From the IMG/VR virus record IMGVR_UViG_3300047558_000077, positions 96,001-160,000 of that record: a DNA stretch of 64,000 nucleotides, one strand, 5' to 3'. The position numbers and the translations under genes were made by a program. The notes beneath the pieces are model-generated. The model saw only the letters and a list, made by a program, of their open reading frames with translations, had not been told where the DNA came from and made no database searches. Every line of letters begins with the position of its first letter. The first letter of the stretch is position 1. Below are positions 18,406 through 26,485 of this stretch, one piece after another. The DNA is from a virus.

Positions 18406-19629
18406 ATGTCTTATCAGTTCGTGCAAGGTCGTGGTGCGCCGCTCAAGATGTGGTGCGAAGGTGTTGAGGTCGAGGACGATGCTCGTACCCAGTTAGAGAA
18501 CATAGCGTCCTTGCCGTTCGTGTATAAGCATGTGGCGGTGATGCCGGATGTTCACTTGGGTAAGGGTGCTACGGTTGGTTCGGTTATCGCTACCAAGGGT
18601 GCGGTAGTTCCGGCGGCTGTTGGTGTTGATATCGGTTGCGGTATGATGGCAGTTCGGTTGTCTCTAAAGGCAAACGACTTGCCGGACAATCTTGCTTCGC
18701 TTCGTTCTCATATCGAGTCCGTAGTGCCGCATGGTCGCACGGACAACGGCGGTAAGAACGACAAGGGAACGTGGCTTGACCGCATTCCGAACTCGGCTTC
18801 AAATGCTTGGTTGTCTTTGTGTAGCCGTTATGATGCTATAGTGGCAAAGCACCCGAAGATTGCGTCTCATAAGACTTTTGAGTTTATGGGCACTCTCGGC
18901 ACGGGCAACCACTTTATCGAGTTGTGTCTGGACGAGGACGATTATGTGTGGGTAATGCTACACTCTGGTTCTCGTGGTGTAGGTAACAAGATCGGTCAGT
19001 ATTTCATCGAGGCTGCTCGCAAGGAGATGGAGCGATATCATATCCTGCCGTATCTGCCGGATAAGGACTTGTCCTATTTGGTAGAGCATACCACGCTATT
19101 CGATGATTATGTTGAAGCAGTATCCTGGGCACAGGAGTTTGCTGCTCTCAACCGTCAGGTGATGATGGATGCGGTGCTTGATGTTCTGCGTCAGCGTTTG
19201 CCGTCGTTTGTCGTGTCTGATGAAAAGGCTGTGAACTGCCACCACAACTATATCTCCAAGGAAAACCACTTTGGAGAAAATGTGTTTGTGACCCGTAAGG
19301 GTGCGGTTCGTGCCCGTGAAGGCGATCTTGGTATCATACCGGGTTCTATGGGCACGGGTTCGTTTATCGTTCGTGGTCTTGGTAATCAGGAGTCGTTTTG
19401 TTCGTGTTCTCATGGTGCTGGTCGTCGTATGTCCCGCAATGCGGCTCGTAAGGCTATCACGCTAGATGATCATATCAAGGCGACCGAGGGTATTGAGTGC
19501 CGTAAGGACGTAGATGTGATTGACGAATCGCCGGCTGCTTACAAGGATATCGGTGCGGTCATGGCTGCACAGGATGACCTTGTTGAGATTGTCCACCGAT
19601 TGCGTCAGGTTCTAAACGTAAAGGGATAA
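18406..19629 (+). CDS. rtcB: RtcB RNA ligase (2',3'-cyclic phosphate/5'-OH)
   Basis: MPDVHLGKG, GVDIGCGM, GTLGTGNHFIE, LHSGSRG, HHNY, RKGA, IPGSMG, SHGAGR, DESPAAYK. Confidence 0.96.
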   Translation: MSYQFVQGRGAPLKMWCEGVEVEDDARTQLENIASLPFVYKHVAVMPDVHLGKGATVGSVIATKGAVVPAAVGVDIGCGMMAVRLSLKANDLPDNLASLRSHIESVVPHGRTDNGGKNDKGTWLDRIPNSASNAWLSLCSRYDAIVAKHPKIASHKTFEFMGTLGTGNHFIELCLDEDDYVWVMLHSGSRGVGNKIGQYFIEAARKEMERYHILPYLPDKDLSYLVEHTTLFDDYVEAVSWAQEFAALNRQVMMDAVLDVLRQRLPSFVVSDEKAVNCHHNYISKENHFGENVFVTRKGAVRAREGDLGIIPGSMGTGSFIVRGLGNQESFCSCSHGAGRRMSRNAARKAITLDDHIKATEGIECRKDVDVIDESPAAYKDIGAVMAAQDDLVEIVHRLRQVLNVKG

Positions 19630-19631
19630 AA

Positions 19632-19748
19632 ATGAAACGCAAGAATGTAAACCCAGTGGCTAAGGCGTTACGTCTTGGTGTATGTAAACCTAAGGTGATT
19701 GTAGACAGGAAAACTGTATACAATCGCAAAAGGCTACCAAAACTATAG
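19632..19748 (+). CDS. 38-aa basic peptide, ArfA-like (not in ORF track)
   Basis: MKRKNVNPVAKALRLGVCKPKVIVDRKTVYNRKRLPKL*; starts 3 nt after rtcB stop. Confidence 0.5.
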   Translation: MKRKNVNPVAKALRLGVCKPKVIVDRKTVYNRKRLPKL

Positions 19749-19907
19749 ACTATAGTGACTTGGTGTTCTAATATCTCAAAAATACCCCTTCAAGGGCAAC
19801 CATGCCCTGTCCGAAAAATCGATAGGAAGCACCAGGAGACTTTTCACGGTCTTCTGGTGCTATAGTCTCTTCCAGACCTCAAAACTCTCCTGGCGTCTCC
19901 TGGAGAT

Positions 19908-20007
19908 TGTAAACAGTCTACCAACTCTATAGACTTTAGGTGCGACATCCTGTCGCACCTGTTGACATACGATTTCTCTTGCTTCTTCCGTTCCGTTGTG
20001 CTACTAT
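19908..20007 (+). promoter_or_regulatory. Composite early promoter module, copy 3
   Basis: TGTAAACA, AGTCTA-N9-TAGACT, AGGTGCGACA-TCC-TGTCGCACCT, TGTTGACA, TTGCTT-CTTCCGTTCCGTTGTGC-TACTAT. Confidence 0.8.
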
Positions 20008-20033
20008 ATCCGCATAATGTTGAAAGGAACAAA

Positions 20034-20675
20034 ATGATCAATCTCTCCAAGGCCTCTAAAATGCCTGCTAAGTCCTGGTCGCTTCAAGCGGGTTCGACCT
20101 GTCCGGGTTCTATCGATCCCGTTACCAAGCAGCCGCTTCCTGTTTGTGCGGGTTGTTATGCAAAAGATGGCATGTATAATATGCCAAACGTCAAGTCGGT
20201 TCGTGACGCTAATCGAGAAGATTGGAAGCGTGCCGAATGGGTCGATGAAATGGTTGCTTTGCTTAAAAAGCAAAAGTATTTCCGTTGGTTCGACTCGGGA
20301 GACGTTTATCATCCGGCTCTTGCTTTCAAAATCTTTCTGGTTATGCAAAAGACTCCGCATGTGAAGCATTGGCTTCCTACCAAGTCTTATAACATTCCGA
20401 AGATCCGTGCTATTCTTGATCAGATGAAAATGCTTCCGAATGCATCTGTTCGATATTCGTCTCCGTCTATTACGGGTGAATTTAATAGCGAACATGGCTC
20501 CACTGTTATCGCATATGCCGATGATGAAACGACCGCTACGGTCTGTGGTGCTTATTCTCGGAATGGCAAGTGTGGCGATTGCCGTGCTTGCTGGGATACG
20601 AATGTTAAGGTTGTCGCTTATCCCGCACATGGTCGTCGTATGATGTCCAAAGTCCGTAAAATGAAAGCAGCCTAA
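20034..20675 (+). CDS. Gp88-like Cys-rich phage protein (possible Fe-S / radical-SAM-like)
   Basis: SKMP..SWSL.A..TCPG...VCAGCYA; FRWFDSGD; HWLPT; CGDCRACW; GAAAGGA RBS. Confidence 0.7.
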   Translation: MINLSKASKMPAKSWSLQAGSTCPGSIDPVTKQPLPVCAGCYAKDGMYNMPNVKSVRDANREDWKRAEWVDEMVALLKKQKYFRWFDSGDVYHPALAFKIFLVMQKTPHVKHWLPTKSYNIPKIRAILDQMKMLPNASVRYSSPSITGEFNSEHGSTVIAYADDETTATVCGAYSRNGKCGDCRACWDTNVKVVAYPAHGRRMMSKVRKMKAA

Positions 20676-20686
20676 GGAGGATTAAT

Positions 20687-20893
20687 ATGTCACGCATATC
20701 TGATCTGATTATTCAAGCAGAGAACCTCGTTATTGAGGCTATGGGCGTTTCGGGTATTATGACCGACCGTGATGTTCTCGAATATGTAAATGACCGTATG
20801 CCTATTTACGTCGATATGCATTTTGTCGAGAGTGTCCTTGACAAGTATTTCGGCGATGACTGGTATGGCGGCGATATTCGCTCTTATAATTGA
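20687..20893 (+). CDS. Hypothetical protein
   Basis: AAGGAGG RBS; ORF track. Confidence 0.55.
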   Translation: MSRISDLIIQAENLVIEAMGVSGIMTDRDVLEYVNDRMPIYVDMHFVESVLDKYFGDDWYGGDIRSYN

Positions 20894-20902
20894 GGTGATG
20901 AA

Positions 20903-21145
20903 ATGTCGTGTAGATGGCATTCATTCTATGAAAATGGACGCCTAAGGATTTATCTTTCCCATGAATCGCTCGAAGACCTGGAAAATAGTCTTTGTCAAGG
21001 TTTCTTTGTAGCATACGGCACTTCGCCGAATGGCGGTCCGTCAGATTGTATCTGGTATGTGCCTAACACCATAATGCAACAGGAAGGAATTTTCGCTTAT
21101 GAAAACCCGAGAATATACCAACAAGATTATCGAAATGGTCGATGA
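20903..21145 (+). CDS. Hypothetical protein
   Basis: GAGGTG RBS; ORF track. Confidence 0.4.
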   Translation: MSCRWHSFYENGRLRIYLSHESLEDLENSLCQGFFVAYGTSPNGGPSDCIWYVPNTIMQQEGIFAYENPRIYQQDYRNGR

Positions 21146-21317
21146 AGGTCTAATCGATCGGGATATTCTTATTCGTGATCTTCTAAACTATATGTCCGAG
21201 TCCGATGTTGAAAACTTTTATGACCAGTATTATGGTTATGAGGACGAGGACGATGAATTGGATGATGGTCAGCCGTCGGAAATGGACGAATGGCACGACT
21301 ATGACCCAGGATGCTGA
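21099..21317 (+). CDS. Acidic hypothetical protein
   Basis: R.YTNKIIEMVDEG...YMSESDV; C-terminal DGQPSE..EWHDYDP.C motif. Confidence 0.6.
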   Translation: MKTREYTNKIIEMVDEGLIDRDILIRDLLNYMSESDVENFYDQYYGYEDEDDELDDGQPSEMDEWHDYDPGC

Positions 21318-21331
21318 CTGTAAACGAGAGA

Positions 21332-21432
21332 ATGTCAACAGTCTACCGACTTTATAGAATATGGATGCGTCACCCTGTCGCACCTGTTGACATACCTTTT
21401 CGCTTGCAATCTGTCCTTACTTGTGTTATCCT
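21332..21432 (+). promoter_or_regulatory. Composite early promoter module, copy 4
   Basis: ATGTCAACAG...CTGTTGACAT inverted repeat enclosing GTCTA-N9-TAGA and TGCGTCA-CCC-TGTCGCA; TTGCAA-17-TATCCT. Confidence 0.78.
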
Positions 21433-21462
21433 TAGTCATCAAATCGAAACAGGAGTTTTAAT

Positions 21463-22005
21463 ATGCCCCGTACCGCTCAATCTAATGGTATCAAACCCTA
21501 CCTGCGTGCCCTTGCCGTTATCAAGCTCGGTGTTCCTGTGACCCCGACCGAGATTAACGAGCATGTTGGCACCGGTGACTATGCTGCAAAGTATATCTCT
21601 TTTCTTCGCAATCGCAACGGCTTCGAGTTTACCATTCAGAAAGATGGTCGCAAGGTCGTTTCTTATACCTTGATCAAGGAACCGGCTGATGCCGAGGCCT
21701 TGCGTAATCTAATGCCAAAGGCCGCTAAGTCTAAGGCGCCTAAGGTTGCTAAGACTTCTGCTCCCAAGGTCGTGGTTGCTCCTGCTCCTAAGGCTGCTAA
21801 GACTAAAGCGCCTAAGAAGGTTGCGGCTAAGAAGTCTGTTGCCGATATCAAGGCAGCTAATCTTGCTAAACTCAAGGCAGTTGGTCAGCGTTTCAAGGCT
21901 GATCAGGTTCAGGTTCTGACCGAAGCGCCTGCGTCCACTTCGTTTAGCATTGACAACGACTGGGACTCGGTCGAAGGTCTTGACCTCAAGAACCTCATTG
22001 GATAA
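21463..22005 (+). CDS. Putative DNA-binding early protein with Ala/Lys/Pro-rich (histone H1-like) linker
   Basis: wHTH-like N-terminus; repeated KAPK/KAAK; AGGAG RBS. Confidence 0.55.
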   Translation: MPRTAQSNGIKPYLRALAVIKLGVPVTPTEINEHVGTGDYAAKYISFLRNRNGFEFTIQKDGRKVVSYTLIKEPADAEALRNLMPKAAKSKAPKVAKTSAPKVVVAPAPKAAKTKAPKKVAAKKSVADIKAANLAKLKAVGQRFKADQVQVLTEAPASTSFSIDNDWDSVEGLDLKNLIG

Positions 22006-22016
22006 GGAGTGCTAAT

Positions 22017-22271
22017 ATGGCATATGTTCGTATTGATATGGACGACATTGAAACAGAGGATTTGGTCGAGGAACTGGAGGATCGTGGTTATACTATGATT
22101 GAGCCTGGTGGTGAACATGAAAATGTAGAAACAATCAAGCGCATGGAAGATGATATCTATAATCTCTATCGTGATTATGTTCAATGGGCAGGTAATAAGT
22201 CGTCTTGTAGTTCCTTCGAGAGTGCCATAAAACGCTTCTTTGAGAAGCATACTAATAAGATTGTATCCTAA
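22017..22271 (+). CDS. Hypothetical protein
   Basis: D..TEDLVEELEDRGY motif; AAGGAG RBS. Confidence 0.55.
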   Translation: MAYVRIDMDDIETEDLVEELEDRGYTMIEPGGEHENVETIKRMEDDIYNLYRDYVQWAGNKSSCSSFESAIKRFFEKHTNKIVS

Positions 22272-22281
22272 GGAGAAACAA

Positions 22282-22644
22282 ATGGCCCGTCTCAAAATCA
22301 AATATAAAAATACTCTGGTTTTGCGTGGGTCAAATGTTTATGTGCCTGATCATAGCGTATATGTCGGTCGTGTCGTAAAGCCACGGCCGTCTTGGCTTTC
22401 CAAAGACGAATTTCTTTTCACCACTGGTGATATTGACTCGCCTGTCCGTATTCTTGATAAGAAAAACATTATTGAGGCGTGGGTGTCACATAAGAATGTT
22501 GATGATGGTGTGACACTTGTTCCTGGTGAAAAGCGACCGTATGTTGTGACTCGTGGTCCATTCGGTCGTTATTCGTGTAACTGTACCGCATATGGCTATC
22601 GGCAGCGGTGTTCTCATATTGATGGAGTGAAACATGGGTCTTGA
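22282..22644 (+). CDS. SWIM-type zinc finger protein
   Basis: YSCNCTAYGYRQRCSHI (CxC...CxH). Confidence 0.65.
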   Translation: MARLKIKYKNTLVLRGSNVYVPDHSVYVGRVVKPRPSWLSKDEFLFTTGDIDSPVRILDKKNIIEAWVSHKNVDDGVTLVPGEKRPYVVTRGPFGRYSCNCTAYGYRQRCSHIDGVKHGS

Positions 22645-23065
22645 TATGAATCTTTATGGTGAAAAGATTATTTGTGGTTCGGAGGCGGCCCCGGAGGCAG
22701 CCCTCGAAGATGGATTTCCTCTTTCATCTAAAATTCTTGACTTGGGATATTGGCGTAAACATCCCAATCTTCATGGTTACATCGTTGATACTTTCGCTGA
22801 TGGTAAAGACGAATGCCAGCGTATTTATTTGGACGAGAATGAACTCCAAAAGATCATAGAAGCATTAGAAAACGATGCTATCTATGATGAACCTGTTACG
22901 GGTTTCTTCTTCGGCAAATCTTACTTTCCTGGTGAGAAAGATGAATATAGTTCTTATGAAGAACAGAAGTCCCGTGATATAGATATCTTCACAAAGGCAC
23001 TCAATTGGATTCAGAATAATCCTTCTAAAGAGTGGCGAAATCTGTATTATCAGGCATCGTGGTGA
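22634..23065 (+). CDS. Conserved phage hypothetical protein
   Basis: MGLDM.LY...YWRKHPNLHGY...GFFFG...YYQASW. Confidence 0.65.
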   Translation: MGLDMNLYGEKIICGSEAAPEAALEDGFPLSSKILDLGYWRKHPNLHGYIVDTFADGKDECQRIYLDENELQKIIEALENDAIYDEPVTGFFFGKSYFPGEKDEYSSYEEQKSRDIDIFTKALNWIQNNPSKEWRNLYYQASW

Positions 23066-23194
23066 TAATATGTGGGACATTCACTGGATATGGAACCCTC
23101 GACATTGGGCGGTTCATAAAGTAACAAGATTCAATGGCGGCCGCCCCTATGAAAGTTATAGATTCGGTCCACTGTTTATCAGGAGATTTTGGAA

Positions 23195-23608
23195 ATGAAA
23201 ATACACAATGAAAGTTCCTGGCTAAACTGTGATGGCATCGCCATGGCAGAAAAGATGTATAATGCCAAGTATGTGTTCGAGTCCTGCTTAAAGACGAAAG
23301 ATGGTGGTTGGTGTAATATGCCAGTCGCTATCTTCTATACTGAAAAGGCCCACCCAGAAGGTTCAAACTATTTTGGATTGTATCGCACAGACTATGGTGA
23401 TCTAATGATCACAGACGGTATCTCTGCTACCGAACCATTTGATGCTTTACAGGTAGGTGAAGATATTATCTATTCTCGTTATCGTCACGATTGTCGTGAG
23501 TTTAATGGTGCGATGGTTGATGGTGGTCGAGATTACTTCAAGACCAATATGAAGGGCACTCCTGTCAAACTACAGGTTGTTGGTGATCATTTGGAGGTGG
23601 TGAAATGA
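23195..23608 (+). CDS. Conserved phage hypothetical protein
   Basis: YSRYRHD...VDGGRDY motif. Confidence 0.55.
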   Translation: MKIHNESSWLNCDGIAMAEKMYNAKYVFESCLKTKDGGWCNMPVAIFYTEKAHPEGSNYFGLYRTDYGDLMITDGISATEPFDALQVGEDIIYSRYRHDCREFNGAMVDGGRDYFKTNMKGTPVKLQVVGDHLEVVK

Positions 23609-23823
23609 AGATTAAACATTCAGTTGAATTAGACTTCGATTCTGTTAGTGAATTGATTCGTAAAAGTCTAATGTATGATTATGAAATCAATAGCAAACCT
23701 GATAAATTTGATTGTTCAGATGATGTTATTGAACCGGATCATGAGTTTCTAAGATGTTTAGAAGTTGTGATTCAGTATTATTGTAGTTGTTCTCAGTTCG
23801 AAGAATGGAAAAAGAATAGATAA
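23605..23823 (+). CDS. Hypothetical protein
   Basis: ORF track; ATGA coupling. Confidence 0.45.
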   Translation: MKIKHSVELDFDSVSELIRKSLMYDYEINSKPDKFDCSDDVIEPDHEFLRCLEVVIQYYCSCSQFEEWKKNR

Positions 23824-23906
23824 CCGATTATCATGGAGCTCCTGAATCATCGCTAATTATTTGGCTTCATGATGCCCATGATAGAAACCCTTTAAGGAGA
23901 AAGTAA

Positions 23907-24050
23907 ATGAAACTGGCATGGCTTTGCTATCATCTAATAGAGAACACTGGAAAACTGGAATACGATAAACCTGAAATTCTGTTCTATGAACCAGACCGTT
24001 ATCTTTATGATAAGGTTGTTCCAATCGTATATGCGGAGATTGTAGAATGA
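23907..24050 (+). CDS. 47-aa hypothetical protein (not in ORF track)
   Basis: AAGGAG RBS; ATGA-coupled to the ligase gene. Confidence 0.45.
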   Translation: MKLAWLCYHLIENTGKLEYDKPEILFYEPDRYLYDKVVPIVYAEIVE

Positions 24051-25177
24051 AAACCACCCAGAAACTTTACAAGATTGACTCCAACGGTAATGCTCGTGTC
24101 TGGTGGATGGAGTATGACAATACCAAGTATCGCACTCATTCAGGTATCGATGGTGGCAAGATTGTAGTTTCTGGTTGGAAGTATCCAGAGGCCAAGAATG
24201 TCGGTCGTGCTAATGAAACATCTGTGAAGGAGCAGGTTGAGTTAGAGGTTATTTCTCAACTCACTAAAAAGTCCGCACAAGGCAAGTATCACGCCAGCAA
24301 GAATACTGCCGCTAAGGGTGCCAAGTTCTATGAATGTATGCTGGCATCAAAGTATGATCCCAAGAAGCATAAGAACTTTCCCTATTACTCGCAGCCTAAA
24401 CTAGATGGCATTCGCTGTCTGGTTTCAAAGGACGGTATGCAGTCTCGCAATGGCAAGCCTATTCTTTCTTGCCCGCATATTCTTGAGGCGCTTGAACCGT
24501 TCTTTGACAAGTATCCTGATGTTGTGCTTGACGGTGAACTGTATAATCACGACCTGAAAAACGACTTTGAAAAGATTGTGTCTCTTGTTCGCAAGACTAA
24601 GCCAACCACCCACGATTATATCGAGGCATCTAAACTGGTTCAGTATCATATCTATGACTGTATGACAGACTATGATTTTGCTGGTCGTAATCAGATGATA
24701 GCGGATATATTCGAGACATTTGATTCAAAGTATAGAAAAGAGAACGATCCTATTGGTAGAGTGAATACTACTGTAGTTGAAAATGAACACGACATTGAAA
24801 CAATGCTTGGTCATTATCTTGAACAAGGTTACGAAGGTCAAATGCTTCGTGTTCCTAACTCTCTGTATGAAGGCAAGCGTTCAAAAGGACTTATCAAGCA
24901 TAAAGAGTTTGAGGATGACGAGTTTGAAATCGTCTCTATTGAAGAAGGCAAAGGTAACTGGGCAGGTGCTGCCAAGCGTGTTGAAATCCGTTTGAAAGAC
25001 GGAACGACACAGTTTTCGGGAGTGCGTGGCTCGTTTGACTTTCTGAAAGAACTGCTGTATAATGCTAATGATTATATCGGTACGGATGTTACCGTGAGAT
25101 ATCAGAACAAAACGGACGATAACAAACTCCGTTTCCCTGTGATCGTTACATTCTGGAAAGGTAAGCGTGATGTCTAA
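24047..25177 (+). CDS. gp30: ATP-dependent DNA ligase
   Basis: Motif I QPKLDGIR; LDGELY; YEGQMLR; K.KEF.D; LRFPV. Confidence 0.92.
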   Translation: MKTTQKLYKIDSNGNARVWWMEYDNTKYRTHSGIDGGKIVVSGWKYPEAKNVGRANETSVKEQVELEVISQLTKKSAQGKYHASKNTAAKGAKFYECMLASKYDPKKHKNFPYYSQPKLDGIRCLVSKDGMQSRNGKPILSCPHILEALEPFFDKYPDVVLDGELYNHDLKNDFEKIVSLVRKTKPTTHDYIEASKLVQYHIYDCMTDYDFAGRNQMIADIFETFDSKYRKENDPIGRVNTTVVENEHDIETMLGHYLEQGYEGQMLRVPNSLYEGKRSKGLIKHKEFEDDEFEIVSIEEGKGNWAGAAKRVEIRLKDGTTQFSGVRGSFDFLKELLYNANDYIGTDVTVRYQNKTDDNKLRFPVIVTFWKGKRDV

Positions 25178-25373
25178 GGACATTGTTTACTACAAACTGG
25201 TAAAAGAAACCATTCCTCATAATCCTAATGCTTTTGTAACTGCTGCTGTTTGGTCGTGTGTCCTTTGTGACGAAACTATTAGCGGTCACAGTGGACCTGG
25301 TTCTGGTGAGATTTGTGTGCAATGTGCCGTTGATATTCGCTCAAATAAACTAAAATATAAGCGTGACCTATGA
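25170..25373 (+). CDS. Small CxxC-CxxC zinc-binding protein
   Basis: CVLC...CVQC. Confidence 0.45.
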   Translation: MSKDIVYYKLVKETIPHNPNAFVTAAVWSCVLCDETISGHSGPGSGEICVQCAVDIRSNKLKYKRDL

Positions 25374-25591
25374 CCGAGATTAGAAAGATTGACATTGAAC
25401 TGGATGAACGTGTGGAGACTGGTCCTCTCCAGTTTGGTGATGACTGGCCCGGCTTATTTATTCGTGGTGATAATGCCGCTTACTATGCCATGGTGCTTCG
25501 TTACCATCTTGATGGTGGTCGTGATGATATCTTTGGTAAAATGGCACTAGAAAGACTCTATAAAGACCTATCAGGGTGTATAGTGAAATGA
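25370..25591 (+). CDS. Conserved phage hypothetical protein
   Basis: RVETGPLQFGDDWPGLFIRGDNA motif. Confidence 0.6.
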   Translation: MTEIRKIDIELDERVETGPLQFGDDWPGLFIRGDNAAYYAMVLRYHLDGGRDDIFGKMALERLYKDLSGCIVK

Positions 25592-25752
25592 TTACCGACT
25601 ATATGAGACAGATAGCATATAACGAAGGATATAAAGCATACATCGATAACTTTGATTGTAGGGATAATCCATATGAAGGTAATAGTGATGAGTTATATTA
25701 TATGTGGGATGATGGTTGGTGGGATGCTTTTTACGAGGATGAAGCACGATGA
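25588..25752 (+). CDS. 54-aa Rmf/CrpP-fold-like protein (not in ORF track)
   Basis: AYNEGYKA...NPY...W.DGW.DA matches Rmf pattern; ATGA-coupled on both sides. Confidence 0.55.
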   Translation: MITDYMRQIAYNEGYKAYIDNFDCRDNPYEGNSDELYYMWDDGWWDAFYEDEAR

Positions 25753-26291
25753 ACATTTTCTATATCCATACTGACCCTAAAATGTGTGCCGAGTGGGCAG
25801 TGGATAGCCATTGTGTAAAAATGATTTTAGAGGCGAGCCAGTTGCTGTCTACCGCACATCGTTTGCTCGACGGTGTAGAGTATACCGATAAGACTAAGAC
25901 TGGTCGCAATGTAAAGCGTTGGCGTTTGCCTGATTCCAGAGAAACTGTATTATACTCCGCAACTCATGTGTCGCACCCATCGGCTGTGTGGGCTCGGGAG
26001 AATGCCCGCAACTATGGATGGCTATGGTGTTATCTAGATGAACATTGTAAAGAATACACCTATCGTTATGGTAAGATTCACAAGGTTGAAGAAAGTGGTC
26101 TAAAAGGCACACTTGCTCTTACACCGAATAACATTCCTAATAAAGACTTTACACAACCTCCAAGTGCGATGGATACTAAATACATCATATCAGAAGATGC
26201 GGTAAAGAACTATCGCAACTACTACAAGGTTGGCAAAGCGCATCTTCACAAGTGGCGCAATCGACAGCCACCAGCATGGATTATGGAGTGA
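25749..26291 (+). CDS. Pyrimidine-dimer DNA glycosylase/endonuclease V-like protein
   Basis: MNIF...D.HCVKMILEA.QLLSTAH...HPSAVW...YRYGKIH. Confidence 0.72.
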   Translation: MNIFYIHTDPKMCAEWAVDSHCVKMILEASQLLSTAHRLLDGVEYTDKTKTGRNVKRWRLPDSRETVLYSATHVSHPSAVWARENARNYGWLWCYLDEHCKEYTYRYGKIHKVEESGLKGTLALTPNNIPNKDFTQPPSAMDTKYIISEDAVKNYRNYYKVGKAHLHKWRNRQPPAWIME

Positions 26292-26293
26292 CA

Positions 26294-26485
26294 ATGCCAA
26301 CATATAGTTTTCACAACAAAGAAACAGGAGAAGAGTTTGACATTTTCATGTCAATCTCCGAATTAGACAAGTATCTAGAAGACCATCCTGAGCTTGAAAA
26401 GCTATTGTCTGCACCTCATTTTTTAGGCGCTCAAATGAATGGCGGTTTGCTAAATAACAGAACATATGATCCAAAGGGTAAGTGA
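26294..26485 (+). CDS. FmdB-like small protein, paralogue 1
   Basis: MPTYSF.NKETGEEF..FMSISE.D.YL..HP. Confidence 0.6.
   Translation: MPTYSFHNKETGEEFDIFMSISELDKYLEDHPELEKLLSAPHFLGAQMNGGLLNNRTYDPKGK

Noticed and set aside
20004-20630. 208-aa minus-strand ORF
   Set aside because: Antisense to the Gp88-like gene, which has a promoter, RBS and recognisable motifs
16439-21432. CRISPR array or MITE/IS ends for the repeated palindromic modules
   Set aside because: Copies are 0.6-2.8 kb apart and separated by genes, with no regular spacers, target-site duplications or transposase; each abuts a promoter
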